A stretch of DNA of 63,868 bases, the filler included, from Lenisia limosa (Eukaryota > Protista > Breviatea), in the NCBI GenBank assembly GCA_001655205.1. It is 14 parts of 14 records of this genome, joined end to end, with 100 filler letters (N's around TTAATTAATTAA, not from the genome) between each part and the next. Parts side by side here need not be neighbours in the genome. Positions count along the whole stretch, not along the records: positions 37,044 to 40,368 come from LPNZ01000366.1; positions 40,469 to 48,996 come from LPNZ01005083.1; positions 49,097 to 51,048 come from LPNZ01003580.1; 11 more parts are not named here. One strand, written 5' to 3'. Shown here one piece after another: positions 37,044 to 49,147 of the stretch. The notes below the pieces were generated by a model, which saw nothing but the letters and a program-made list of their open reading frames with translations, had not been told where the DNA came from and searched no databases. The translations under genes were made by a program, and so were the position numbers. How positions within the stretch are numbered: the stretch's first letter is position 1; each line of letters opens with the position of its first letter.

Positions 37044-39712
37044 ACCCATGCCACAAGCATCTGAAATGCAAGACAACCTCCTGCAGTCTATGCTCAGGTA
37101 TTCATCGTATGATTTGTTTGATTTGTTTGAGAAATGAACTATCCCCCCCCCCCTCCCCTATAGAGTATGAGATATATCATATATGTACATGTATATGATA
37201 TATTCCGAGTTAATTTGATCCAATACTCTCATTAAGGTCATCAAACTATTTAGTCGGAGAACGACTGCCCTGGATGATGGAGCCGACTCGGACAGCGACT
37301 GGGATAGTGACGAGGATGCCTGGGATGACGATTCAGATGGCGGCGGAGGCGGTGAGGGTGACGTCGTGCCTTCATGTCAAGTGCTTTAGAGATCAGCTAA
37401 TTTCAATTCTATAGGAGGACGTCCGGTTGACTTCTCAAAGTTAGCGCCGCAGTCTTTTGCAGTAGATGAGCCAGATTTTGCCCTGAACACACAAATGGAA
37501 TCGTCGCAGCCTCTTCTCTTGTCTGAAGAGACGGTGGGAGTTTATCAGTATTTTATTCTAGTCCTATCATTGATGCTCCCCAATCCCTCTGATTTCTTCC
37601 CACGATCACAGGTAGAGGACAGAGCATTGGACTTGGGGCCCGGGGGGGTGGCACCCCAGTATGAGACGTCGGAGCTTGATGGACTGGATGAGAAGTTAAT
37701 GAAGGAGGAGGAGGAAGAGGAACAGGAAGAGGAACAGGAAGAGGAAGAAGAGAAAGTGTCAAAAAGAGACGCGAAACTAGCAGCGAAACCAGTCTCCTCT
37801 AAAGCAAAATCTCTCGCGGTTGGTATTCATAATCCTCCCAATTTTAAATTGTTAATACCCCCCTATTTGATATTCAGAAGCCACCACCACGCCCAGCGCG
37901 TCCCTCTGTTTGTAAGCGGCGATCACATGATATTCTTATTCTTTGGTGTCTCGGTTTCAATTGTGATGATTTGTGTACTCATCCCTCAGCTCGTAGTTCC
38001 GGGCAAACAGCCGCGCCCAAGAAGAAGAAGAAGGGCTTTGGAGGAGGAGGAAAGCGTAAAAAGGTTGGAACTTCGGATTTGTCCCTGTTCAAATGGCTTT
38101 TTGACATTTTTTTAGAGTGCACCAGCCAGTATGATGGGACAATCAGGCAAGTAGGACAATTCTTATGATATATTGCCCCATATCCACTAGTTTGATATGA
38201 TCATCGTATAAAGTGATGTGAATATAATTCAAAAAGTGATATGATAGATGCGGGATGGAATTCTGACCTTCAGGGCCCATGCGGTCTGTCGGAGACATTC
38301 AGAAGGAAATGATGGGACTGGAGTCTCATGGCGGGCTTTTTGTTGAGGTTTGTCCTGTATTGATATGTAGTACTATGATATCATATGATGTAGTTTCTCG
38401 ATATATGTAACTCTATATCATATATATAATATGTTCTATGTATGTGAACATAGATTTTCATTTCTGCATGGACACTGAATATGACCCAACACTGATGTGG
38501 TTTCTTTCAGAAATACGACCCGACAATTGAAGACTCATATCGCAAACAGCAGTTAATTGACGGAGAGGTAAGTCCCTTTCCATCCTTTCGTCCACAAACA
38601 TTTCTTTTAGCTTATCATTGCTGGTATGCCAATTGATTCCTATGGTGTTACAATGCAATCTACTTCTATCCCTGATTTTATTGTAATGTCTTGCTATAAC
38701 AAAGCTAGGAGTTTTATCACACACCTTCAACATTCCAGTTTAAAACATTATCATCACCCTTCTGAATTAACTGTTCAGATGGTGATGGCTGAGTTTCTCG
38801 ATACTGCTGGTCAGGTACGATGGTTAAGCTCGGGTTTGAGCATACGACAAATGACAAATCATTGGTTCACTCTCTCCAGGAGGAGTTCTCTGCTCTCCGG
38901 GACTTGTATTTCAGAAGTCAACATGCGTCTATTTTGGTCTACGATATCACAGTGAGCAGCGATGTGTTGAGATGGATCATGCGAAGATACTGAGTAGCGG
39001 TAGTGGATTGGCTAATCTATTCAGAGCATGCGGTCGTTCCTTGAACTTGACGAGTTTTATGAAAACATGAAAAGGTGAAAAGGCTTTTGTCGGCAATGAG
39101 TAATGCTTCAGAGTAAAGGATGAGGACTTCCCCCTTGCAGTTCTTGTCGGAAACAAAACTGATCTTGACGAACGAAGAGAAGTCACCTATGAAATGGTTC
39201 GAAATAACAGGAGACGCTGCTCACACTACTTCGTTGATCTAATTGCCCCAGGGAGAGATCTTTGCCATTGAGCGCGATATGATGTTCTTTGAGACTTCAG
39301 CTAAACTCGGGCACAACGTGGGATGGACTGGTTTTAGGTCTTTGTTCCTGAAATGACTGGAGTAATATATACGACTCAATAATGTATTTACTCATAAGAT
39401 ATATTACAAGCCTGCTCTCTTAAAATGTAGTGTGCACTCCCATTTATGGCTGCCTCTAAGTTGGCCCTGACTTTTGCCGACTGGTGGGTTGTCAGATCTC
39501 CATCGTTACTATTGTAATATCGCAATAGAATCCTTTTGTGCTTCCTCTAATACTAACTATGTTAACTATTTGTGAAATAACAACTTCATCTAGTATCTTC
39601 ATAAGCGTCTTCCTACTCTGACCAGTCAGTGACCCCCACGATATGAAGATTACTACAGTCGGACCTGGGGGAGTGGGCAAGTCTGCCCTCACCATTTCAT
39701 ACGTGCAAGGAG
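37044..39712 (+). CDS. Large protein with acidic/low-complexity N-part and a Ras-family GTPase domain in G2-G3-G4-G5-(G1) order (partial at both ends)
   Basis: Phase-consistent exon chain from 37044 through KYDPTIEDSYRKQ (38511-38567), LDTAGQ (38779-38814), EEFSALRDLY..VYDIT (38880-38951), 39025-39074, LVGNKTDL (39112-39196) and FFETSAK (39252-39317). The P-loop MKITTVGPGGVGKSALTISYVQG lies downstream at 39643-39712. Confidence 0.8.
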
Positions 39713-39740
39713 GTATGTTGGTGGTTATGGGTTGATATTA

Positions 39741-40087
39741 GAGCTCCTGGCAATAAAGATGATAATATATATACGTATGTAGTAACCAAATATTAATATA
39801 AAATTTCTTGAAGCAAAAACAGTCATATTAATATTAATAAAATATTAATAAAATATTAATTATACTATTAATACATATTAATACAAAATAAAAGGAGTAT
39901 TAATAAAAATAATACTGAAGAAACAGAAAAAACAGAAAACGGAAGAACAAAAAAAATACGGAACAAACAACGAACAAAAAAAAAATATTGTAAAAAAAAA
40001 ATATCATATCATATACAATATTAACAAGAATATGAACAAAATAATACATATATTACTATTAATATTTATATTAATTGCCTGGAGCTC
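39741..40087. mobile_element. AT-rich MITE-like element F with 14-bp TIR
   Basis: TA|GAGCTCCTGGCAAT...ATTGCCTGGAGCTC|TA (13/14 match). One copy in the window. Confidence 0.7.
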
Positions 40088-40468
40088 TAGTTGTTATGTA
40101 CGTATTTTATGGAGCTTCTAACAAATTCCAACAACCATAAGAGCATTTTTCATGTGGTAGGCGCTAGTATTTCAACGAAAGCTCCAACCAAGACAAAATG
40201 CAAAGAGTCCAACATTCCCAAAGTATGGATGGGATGTAATACGCGTGCAGAATATGTTAGCTCTATTATAGATTACATTCTGGTAGTGATAATCTATGTA
40301 TAAAACCTGTTTATCTTCCACAGATGCCTATTCCTCCAAAGAAAAGGGTCCCTCCTCCAAACCCCCTGNNNNNNNNNNNNNNNNNNNNNNNNNNNNNNNN
40401 NNNNNNNNNNNNTTAATTAATTAANNNNNNNNNNNNNNNNNNNNNNNNNNNNNNNNNNNNNNNNNNNN

Positions 40469-43118
40469 GCCCTCGGGACTGGCGCCAACATTCCGAAGTT
40501 CCTCCGAGCCAGTGGGTCTATTAAAAACCTCCGCTACACCAAGAAAGACACTGAGGTGTGTTGGCAGTGGGGACGGACTAAATTTGGTGTGTTGGCAGTG
40601 GGGATGGACTAAATTTGGTGTGTTGGTAGTAGGGAAAAGGACTAAATTTGTTTCTCATTTCGCACAATTTAATTAAACAATTATGATGGGGCAGACAGGT
40701 TATTGACAGGGGGGGAGGAGTATGTAGCGAAAGCTTCTTTGATAATTATTGTTAAATAACCAATTTCCCGTTCTCTTTTTCTGGACTGAAGAAAATCCTT
40801 GTAGTTAGCTGCTATACAATTATCATTTGTCCAATTATTGTAAGGAAATGGTGCAATTTCCTTGTAATAATTGGACAGGTAATAATTGATAATAATGATT
40901 TGGCGGAATTTTTATCATTTACCAGGTTTTCTGATAACCCCCTCTTAGGATTTGGTCAAGAAAGTCTGGAAAGCAAAGAAGGCACACGACCATTCACGGG
41001 AGAGAAAGGAGGCTCTACCTACCTTCTTGCATATCTACCTCGGAAACCTCCATTCCACACAGGTTTGCGTGGATTAGAAAACTTTCAATAGCAACAACTT
41101 ACCAGTTCTGTTATTATTTCGCATTGCGAGATATAACAAGTTCTATAATCAAAAAAATAGTTTCATTTGGCCAATCGCAAAAATATGTTCTTCCAAAAAC
41201 GATCCCCTTTTACGGCTTAGACTGCCATAGCCGAAGTGGGCTATAATTTCGTTGATGCATTGGAGCGCTTTGTTTATGATGCCGACTGTGAACTCTTTCT
41301 TAAGGTCTGTACGCTATGCGATTTTAGGAGATTGATACAATACCTGTGAACAGCTTCGGGCAGATTCTCTTTTATCCTCTCTCATTTCTGCATTTCTAGA
41401 TGATATTATCTTGAAACATATAAAAGGTAACATTTTCATCTTGACACAGCCTTCCATTGATTGACACTTCTTCCTCATGGTAGAATCAGGTTTAATTTCA
41501 CAGGTTCTTCGGGGAGATCTTTACGAGGATGTGTATCATGACCAGGTATGCTGTGTAGTATCATATGCCATTACAATCTAAATGGCATGACCAGGTAGTA
41601 TATGAATTAACATTGATTTCCTTTTATATTATGATGATGACTGGACTGTATTCTCCATAAAAAGGATTGTTAACTTCAATCCAGCGTCTTCTTATGATCC
41701 AGATGACCATGGTTGACTCGCTGCAAGACCTCTTCCATCGTATCGACGTTATCAAATCGAAGGATAATAAGGTGAGAAAAGGATAATAAAGTGAGAAAAG
41801 GATAATAAAGTATGCAACCATCATAAAGCTTCACATCTGCCTCTCAAAAAAAGACTGAATTTTTCGATAAATCCTCGAAAATTATCGATTTTTAACGGTA
41901 TTTTTCGAACCGAAATGAAGCCCTACTCTTCACCCTCACCACTCCTCTAGCCCACAGGAAAGTTCTCGAAGAAGTCTCTCATGGTGGCTCTCCGCAAGTT
42001 CTTCCCAACCAAGAGTGACGAGCGCTTTGAGCGCCTCAAAGTCGGCAATGGGAGGGGGACTGCTAGTGAAATAAATTAGTCATTATTTTGTTGAGCAGTT
42101 ATCAGACCCTGAATCACGACACAGGTTGCACTGTCACGTGATCAACCCGGCAACAGCATTCTCTACGCGAAACTTTTCATGGAAGATGCGGAAGGAAACC
42201 AGGTTGGCGCCTCTTCTGTAACTCTAGGTTTTACTTAATCTGTTTTCTTGCTCATAAAATGTTGTATTAAAAACAAAAAGAGGGGCTGTTTCGCGGTTCG
42301 GATGTTTATTTATTGAAAAGCGACGATGGAGTAGGTTGATTGCTAGCGTATATGCATGAGCTTTTATAGAGCAATGAGTTGACAGTTTCGAACATATCTT
42401 CACCCTGATTATTGTAACTCCCATCCCTCCTTAACGTTCTTTAGGGCTACTTTGCTGAGGAGGTTCGAGATCAGCATGTTAACGAGCGTGAGGACTATAT
42501 CGAGGAAATAGAGGTGCAGGGGACTATATTGAGGAAATAGAGGTGCGGGGGAGGGTCTTTTTTTAAAGGCAAAGAGGCGTGGTGGAAGTTGAGGTGTTTC
42601 TTTCTTTGTATTTTGAAAATATTCTAGGTGTGGGAATTTGCTTTTCTTCTCACATTATTGAATAATGCAGTGTTTTGGGGGTTTGTTTTTTGGCGTATTT
42701 ACGATAAAGGAGGCCATCCGAGAGTTTGACACGGACCGTACTGGAGAAGCCCCGGTTTCGGACATCAGGAAGGCCATGACCAGCATCGACCCCAAAAAGC
42801 CGGAACAGGTGCTGATGCTTTTTGGCTTTTTGGGGGGAACATTCTGAGTGTGAAGACTTCGTACTCTTCCTTTTTTTTCATTGTCCATTTCTCCCAACAT
42901 GAATTAATCAAGTGTCTTTTAGTTGTATAGAATAGTCTCACCACGTGTTACATTTTACCAATCAGGAGATTAACCTTTACATTGCCCGAGGAGTAGGCAC
43001 AACGGTATCGGAGATCAAGGAGAACAGAGTTACCAGAATATCGACGTTTATCAAAAAGCTTTCAATGGGCATTGTGAAGCGCTCAACTAAAGTGGGTACA
43101 CAATCGCTTTGGAAATGA
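40469..43118 (+). CDS. TSNAXIP1 (translin-associated factor X-interacting protein 1)-like, C-terminal half
   Basis: AEVGYNFVDALERFVYDADCELFLK | VLRGDLYEDVYHDQ | ...LRKFFPTKS..RF..L | LYAKLFMEDAEGNQ | GYFAEEVRDQ match the recalled family motifs YNL.DAL.RY..DADC.LFL, FFP.K and LF.ED..G.Q..F.E..R.Q. Followed by an EF-hand-like FDTDRTG. Confidence 0.65.
41825..41923. mobile_element. MITE family A copy
   Basis: Degenerate left end; intact right end TGAAGCCC|TA. Confidence 0.8.
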
Positions 43119-44070
43119 TGTGTCCCTGTTTTGCTTCAACGTGATCTTTTTCATGAAATTCAATATGCTCGCCTGCCACAATTTGAGTGGCAACTATTGC
43201 CTTACCTGCTTCTCCATAATCTGAATAATTTGAGTTTTTCATCAATATCAATTAGATTCAATAGATCATTTCGTTCACGATTTTTGTCCCCAATCTAAGT
43301 TGTCCCCAATTTTAATTGCTGTAGCCCGTGAGTCGAGAAGACATTGGTCCAAGTCAAATCTCAAAACGCTCTTCGTCATTATCAGTCCAAGAGTCCTAGG
43401 ATATTGTGTATTATGTTTTTGTAGGTTATTATGTCCAACTGTATACTATGGTAGAGGAACTTGAAATGGAAGACCATTTTGTCCAAACTTGTGTTTTTTT
43501 AGATGATCAAATCACTAACTCCTCGGCTTCGCATGCTCAGCTGTGAACCACAGGTCGGCTCAGAGCGGCTTATATAGTATTCACCGAAGTTGTTGGATCC
43601 AAAGTTGCTCATTTTACTTAACTTCATTAAACAAAGCAGCTATAACCTGATCTTGCTGCACGGCAATGACGTAGTTTTGATTACCAATATTCACTACAGT
43701 GTTATTGTCGCAGGATGTCATTAACAGACCATAAACAGAGACCTATAAAAAGACAACAGGAATTAAACAGATGATATCCATCATGCCTTCATTCACGATG
43801 AAAGGTTGTGTGAAAACAAAACGTGTATGCGTTGATAAATACTATACACACACCCAGATTAACAGCACCCCCACTGTACACAAAATAAAAGGGGATCTAA
43901 AAGGGGTGGCAGCATCTGTAGTTAAAAAATAAAAGGTGATAAATTGGTATTTTTATGAAAAATAATTAAAACAAAAGGTTAAGCTTTGCAACTACAGACG
44001 TTTTTAGCGCCACCACATTTTTAGACAAGCCATAATAAAGGAGTCCCCCGTACCGGTTATTCTTCTAAAG

Positions 44071-45391
44071 CCGTCATCATTAGCGTGCTGAAGAAGAACC
44101 CGGGCCTCCCTAGCCATTGTGAAAAGAGCCTCGTGCACCTCTGGCTTGCCCACCAGCTCTCCGTGGACCTGGATGGTGACTGTGTAACACGCTAGATCTC
44201 AAGATGAATACAATGATTAAGGTGATGAGTTGTGAGGTTCTTGAGTGATTGGTGAACCTTTGAACAGGGGAAGAAGGTTGGATGTAGAACAAGAGCCCCC
44301 CCCCCCTATCCTGGGCATCTTTCGATTTCTCCATAAATAACAATATTTTGAGGTGTTTCACCATAATTTCTCAATCAGGTTTTGCTAGTGCTACCCAAAT
44401 TCGGTGAAACCATCTTATTCTGCCCACTAAAGCCTGGTGTATATGATATAAATACTTCATCCTCATAAATTCCTTTCCTTCATTTACATAGTTATCCTGT
44501 ATGTAAAAAAAGTGTCTATTTAAACAGGGATCTGGTGGTATATGTACATAATACATATGTAGAAATGGGAAACAAAACAACAAAGAACCTCGCCACACCA
44601 TTCCGCTGTTTAGAGACACTGATTAATTATTAGTCGTGTGGTTTGAAGCTATTCCATTTGAGTATAGTAGATGACATTTAAATAAACTCTTGAAAATATC
44701 GTACTATACAAAGGAACATCCCAACAAACTACCTACCTCTGACTTATGCTATTAAACGCCAACACTACAGCCCAAACAAACTACCTACCTCTGCAACCTT
44801 CCCTGACTTCATTGTCACATATCCGAGAGCATTGGGAAGAAGACCCTCCTAAATAGTCAGAATTGTGTACGAGATCCTTTATAAGTAAGATTGCGATGGC
44901 AGCTTTGAGCAACAGTTCAAGTCAACTTGATCTTGGAAAAAAAAAGTGGGGAGTGGAGAGTTCAATCGTTTCCAAACTTGAACAATTTCCCACTCACCAT
45001 TATTAGGATCGTATGCGGAAAGGCTGGGGCAAGAAGGCCTGTATACTCTGGTTGGATTTAATCTATCTGCTTGTCGCTTGTTCTGGCTCTGGATTGGTTA
45101 TTCGAGACGCACACTGTTAATTGTGATATTATAACCCTTGATTTCTTCCCTTTTCCACTTATATACTCCTTTGTTAGTTTCAACCCCCGAGTTCCGAATG
45201 TGTGAAACCAAAATCGGGATTTTCTTTCCTCCCTTTCCCTCTTCTCTTTCCCTTCTCCCAATTAAAAATCGTAAAAAAAATAACCTTACAATAAAAATAG
45301 GGAGCTGAAGCTATTAACCTCCATTCTTCCAAAATCCTGAAAGATCATGTTTCTGAAGTCAGTTTCACAGAAGTTAATACCTCAGGCTCTT
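44071..45391 (+). CDS. Unassigned exons upstream of the glyoxalase II domain
   Basis: Splice-flanked open segments AVIISVLKKNPGLPSHCEKSLVHLWLAHQLSVDLD and GAEAINLHSSKILKDHVSEVSF. These may be an N-terminal extension or a separate gene. Confidence 0.3.
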
Positions 45392-45692
45392 GGTGGGTGG
45401 GAATTGTGTTTCTTCTTTAATCACTTAATATTTGGACCTGTTGGGTGTCGAATACATGTCATATTTTGTCTTCTCAGGGCTGCTTAAGATTGGTGAAGCT
45501 GTTTTATGAACTTGTAGTTGCTAAGCCACTCGATTTCACTTTATTTGACAAAAAAAAAATTGTGCAAAATACCACTTTCACAGTCTTTTGGTCCAGAAAA
45601 ATCATGACTCTATATTATGAATTATTACTGGTACAATCTAAAAACTGTCACGTAAAGCGAGTCATCAGCGACACGTGTTTTTGATTCCTCAG

Positions 45693-48111
45693 CGCTCGCG
45701 TCAGGTTCTTCAGCTGCATTCAATGTTAGACCCATCCAAATGTTCCATGATAATTACGCCTTTCTCGTCACAGATACCAAGGTGGGGTGATTGGATGATA
45801 GCAAGGTGGATACAATCAGTACTGTTATTGTGCTATAATAGTTTTTTCAAATATACAGTGACCGGAATGTCTTGACTGATTTTCCTTGGGAAATCATAGG
45901 CAAATCGGTCAGAACTTATCGCGGTCACTCCACCTAGCTCTAAATGGTCTTATGTTTTTGTTCCGAGAGAAAACCATATTTTCTCAGCATTTAGTCGAAC
46001 CACTCTGCCTTGGTTGATGGCGGCGAGCTTGCCCCCTGTAAAGCCGTATTAGAGAATGCTAATGTCAGCTTGAAGTTACTGTTAAACACTCACCATCATA
46101 AGGTTTGCGATTGGGTTTTTTTGACAATAAAATAAAAATAATAATTTATTTAAAAGTTAGAAAAGTAAAAAATCATTTTGAGATGAGAAGAATGCTCATG
46201 GGAGTTTGAGTCTTGAATTACTGGTACATCTCATTGAGACCAATAAGGTGGTTAGCTTGAAACCATCCTGTTTTATCGCAGATGCGAATGTGATAGTCCA
46301 GGACCACATAGGTGGGGTACCTGACCTGCAACTGTCGTATCCATCTGCGAAAATTATTGGGGGCGATGCAAGAATTCCGGGAGCTGAAGTACTGCAGCAT
46401 AATGCTAAACTGAAGGTTGGTGATGTCTTGATTTGTCATTTCATTCATTTGGCTTAAAAATGCGCATGCGTGTGAAACACATAGAGTATATCACAATAAG
46501 AGAGATAAGAGAGTGAAATACATGAGTGTAATATGATTAGTGAGAAGCAGCATACTATTTGGAAAAACTCATTCACAACACTTTAAAAGTGCTCATCTAT
46601 TTGTAGCTGGGAAGTTCTATCGTAACCGCTCTCTCCACCCCATGCCACACAAAAGGACATATGGCCTTTCTTGTGGAAGGGAATGAGGGGACTTCTGCCC
46701 TTTTCTCTGGAGACACATTATTTGTTGCCGGGTGCGGCAGATTCTTTGAGGTGAGTTGAGTAATATCCATCGGTTCGAAAAACTGAATTTATCGATAAAT
46801 CCTCTAAAACTATCGATATTTTACTGGTTTTTTTCGACCGAAGTGAAGCCCTGGGTATGAGAGATATCAAAGTCATAAATGCTGAGTGCAAACACCAAGT
46901 GGTTTTCTGAGTTCATAATGGCTTCCAGATTTATCGAACCCAGAGGAAATAGAGACGTTAAGTTAGTTTGTACCACACTCACTTTAACAGGGCGATGCAA
47001 ATGATATGGCACTTTCTGTTGACCGGATAGCTGAACTGAATGATAATACCCTTGTATGGGGGGGGGGGGCAAGAGCAGTGGAATCTTTTCATCACTTTCA
47101 ACCTCANNNNNNNNNNNNNNNNNNNNNNNNNNNNNNNNNNNNNNNNNNNTATAGTAGATAATATATTTGTCATGTAATTTGGGCAGGTTTCAATGCTTTA
47201 TTGCAAATATTTATATATCATGAATATCTCATGAATTTGAACAAGTTATATATATGCATATAATTACCTACTCTGACCGCGATATGTCCTGACACGATTG
47301 TCAACCAAAGATAAACCTCAATAACCGTGTCAGGACGTATCACCGTCCAAAGCTCTATATTTGAACAATCCACAATTTTCAAACTATTAATGTCCCGTAT
47401 TTTGCCAAGAACCGAAAATACAGTAGTTTATTTCATTTCCAGCTCTACTGTGCGCATGAGTACACTCGATCCAATCTTCAGTTTGCTCATTACATTGAGA
47501 AAGATAACGGCGACATTCAGGAAATGCTGTCCAAGGCACTGGAAACCGATATCACTGTGAGTGGTGCTTGTTTCTCAATTGTTTTTATGGGTCTACAGAT
47601 GTTTTCAGGGCTCTGTGCAATTAATTCAAAGAAATAAAAGCGCGTTATATTGTAAACTCAATTTTTTCAGACATTCTAATGTGAATTCCTTCAAAAAAGG
47701 CATGGGATCCTTGTAATACATTATCTTGGTGCCTTACGGGGTTTAAAATGGGAATACAAGAAATACGGCGACATAATACTTTCTTGATGTCAGATAACCA
47801 AGTGCTCATTACACTTTTTAGTCAGCATTCATGTCTTTTAGATTCCGTCAACTATCGGACAGGAGAAGCGTATCAACCCTTTTATGCGCTTCAGAACAGA
47901 CACAGTGAGAGGAAAGTCGTGACTGTTGCAAGCTTTTCCTTCAAGAAAGATTTTGAAGAAATGTGCCATAAGCTGAAGTTCGATTTATTGTTGACTAACC
48001 CACCCACCCCTCCAGGTACGACATTCTGTGATTGAAAAGTCAATGTTGTCAACCAGAGCCACGGATGCCGAAGTCCTCAAAGCGCTCCGCTCACTCAAGG
48101 ACCAGTTTTAG
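45693..48111 (+). CDS. HAGH: Hydroxyacylglutathione hydrolase (glyoxalase II, metallo-beta-lactamase fold)
   Basis: FHDNYAFLV | ...LLNTHHHK | DHIGG... | TPCHTKGH...[17 protein letters not shown] | GDANDM | [15 protein letters not shown] | [16 protein letters not shown] | ...LRSLKDQF*. Confidence 0.93.
46770..46851. mobile_element. MITE family A copy (left tip missing)
   Basis: TCGGTTCGAAAAACTG...CCGAAGTGAAGCCC in a glyoxalase II intron. Confidence 0.8.
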
Positions 48112-49147
48112 GGGGGGGGGGGTAATGGAAGTGAGGAAGAATTGAATTGAAAGGTGAGGAAGATGGAGTGAAAGTTGAAGGATGAAGAGATGAAGAGAAA
48201 TCTCGAATAGTGGCTCCATCCGCATAACCTCGCCCCTGCTTCTAGGTCAACAACGAAGGTCAACAACGAATTCCCCTCTCCCTCCCGATAACCGTTTCGA
48301 TTTGATATAGAGCTCCCATTGCAAAGTGAAACGATGGACATCATTATCACATTAAGCTCTGACATTTGTGGTTTGCTTTATAATACTATTTGAGAGAGAG
48401 AGGGATGGAGGGTTGTACGACTCTATCAAGTAGAAGAAGAGCATGCTTTGTTCTGTTTGAAAATCCGGACAATACCCGAAGGCGGACTCATACTTGAAAA
48501 GGCATATGTAACCCTCCAACAACAGCCAACAAAAACAAGGGGGGGGGGGTCAAGAATCNNNNNNNNNNNNNNNNNNNNNNNNNNNNNNNNNNNNNNNNNN
48601 NNNNNNNNNNNNNNNNNNNNNNNNNNNNNNNNNNNNNNNNNNNNNNNNNNNNNNNNNNNNNNNNNNNNNNNNNNNNNNNNNNNNNNNNNNNNNNNNNNNN
48701 NNNNNNNNNNNNNNNNNNNNNNNNNNNNNNNNNNNNNNNNNNNNNNNNNNNNNNNNNNNNNNNNNNNNNNNNNNNNNNNNNNNNNNNNNNNNNNNNNNNN
48801 NNNNNNNNNNNNNNNNNNNNNNNNGCCAGGCAATAGGATTATGAATGCCAAAACAATTAAAAAATTAAACCACAAGCAGCAGTCCCTACAAACATAGTAG
48901 AAATGGGTCTGCCTTGAATAACGCTAAAGTTGAGGTGGCAGCAAGCGAGCCAGCTGTCCTCAACAGAATCGAAACTGGCGACGGCAATGCGGCCGANNNN
49001 NNNNNNNNNNNNNNNNNNNNNNNNNNNNNNNNNNNNNNNNTTAATTAATTAANNNNNNNNNNNNNNNNNNNNNNNNNNNNNNNNNNNNNNNNNNNNGGGG
49101 GGTATCAATTATCTGGGAACAGTGAAGTGATAAGTTAAGAAGATTAC

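Noticed and set aside
37495-38115. 206-aa ORF as a single-exon membrane protein
   Set aside because: Its hydrophobic stretches are read-through of T-rich introns with good GT-AG ends.
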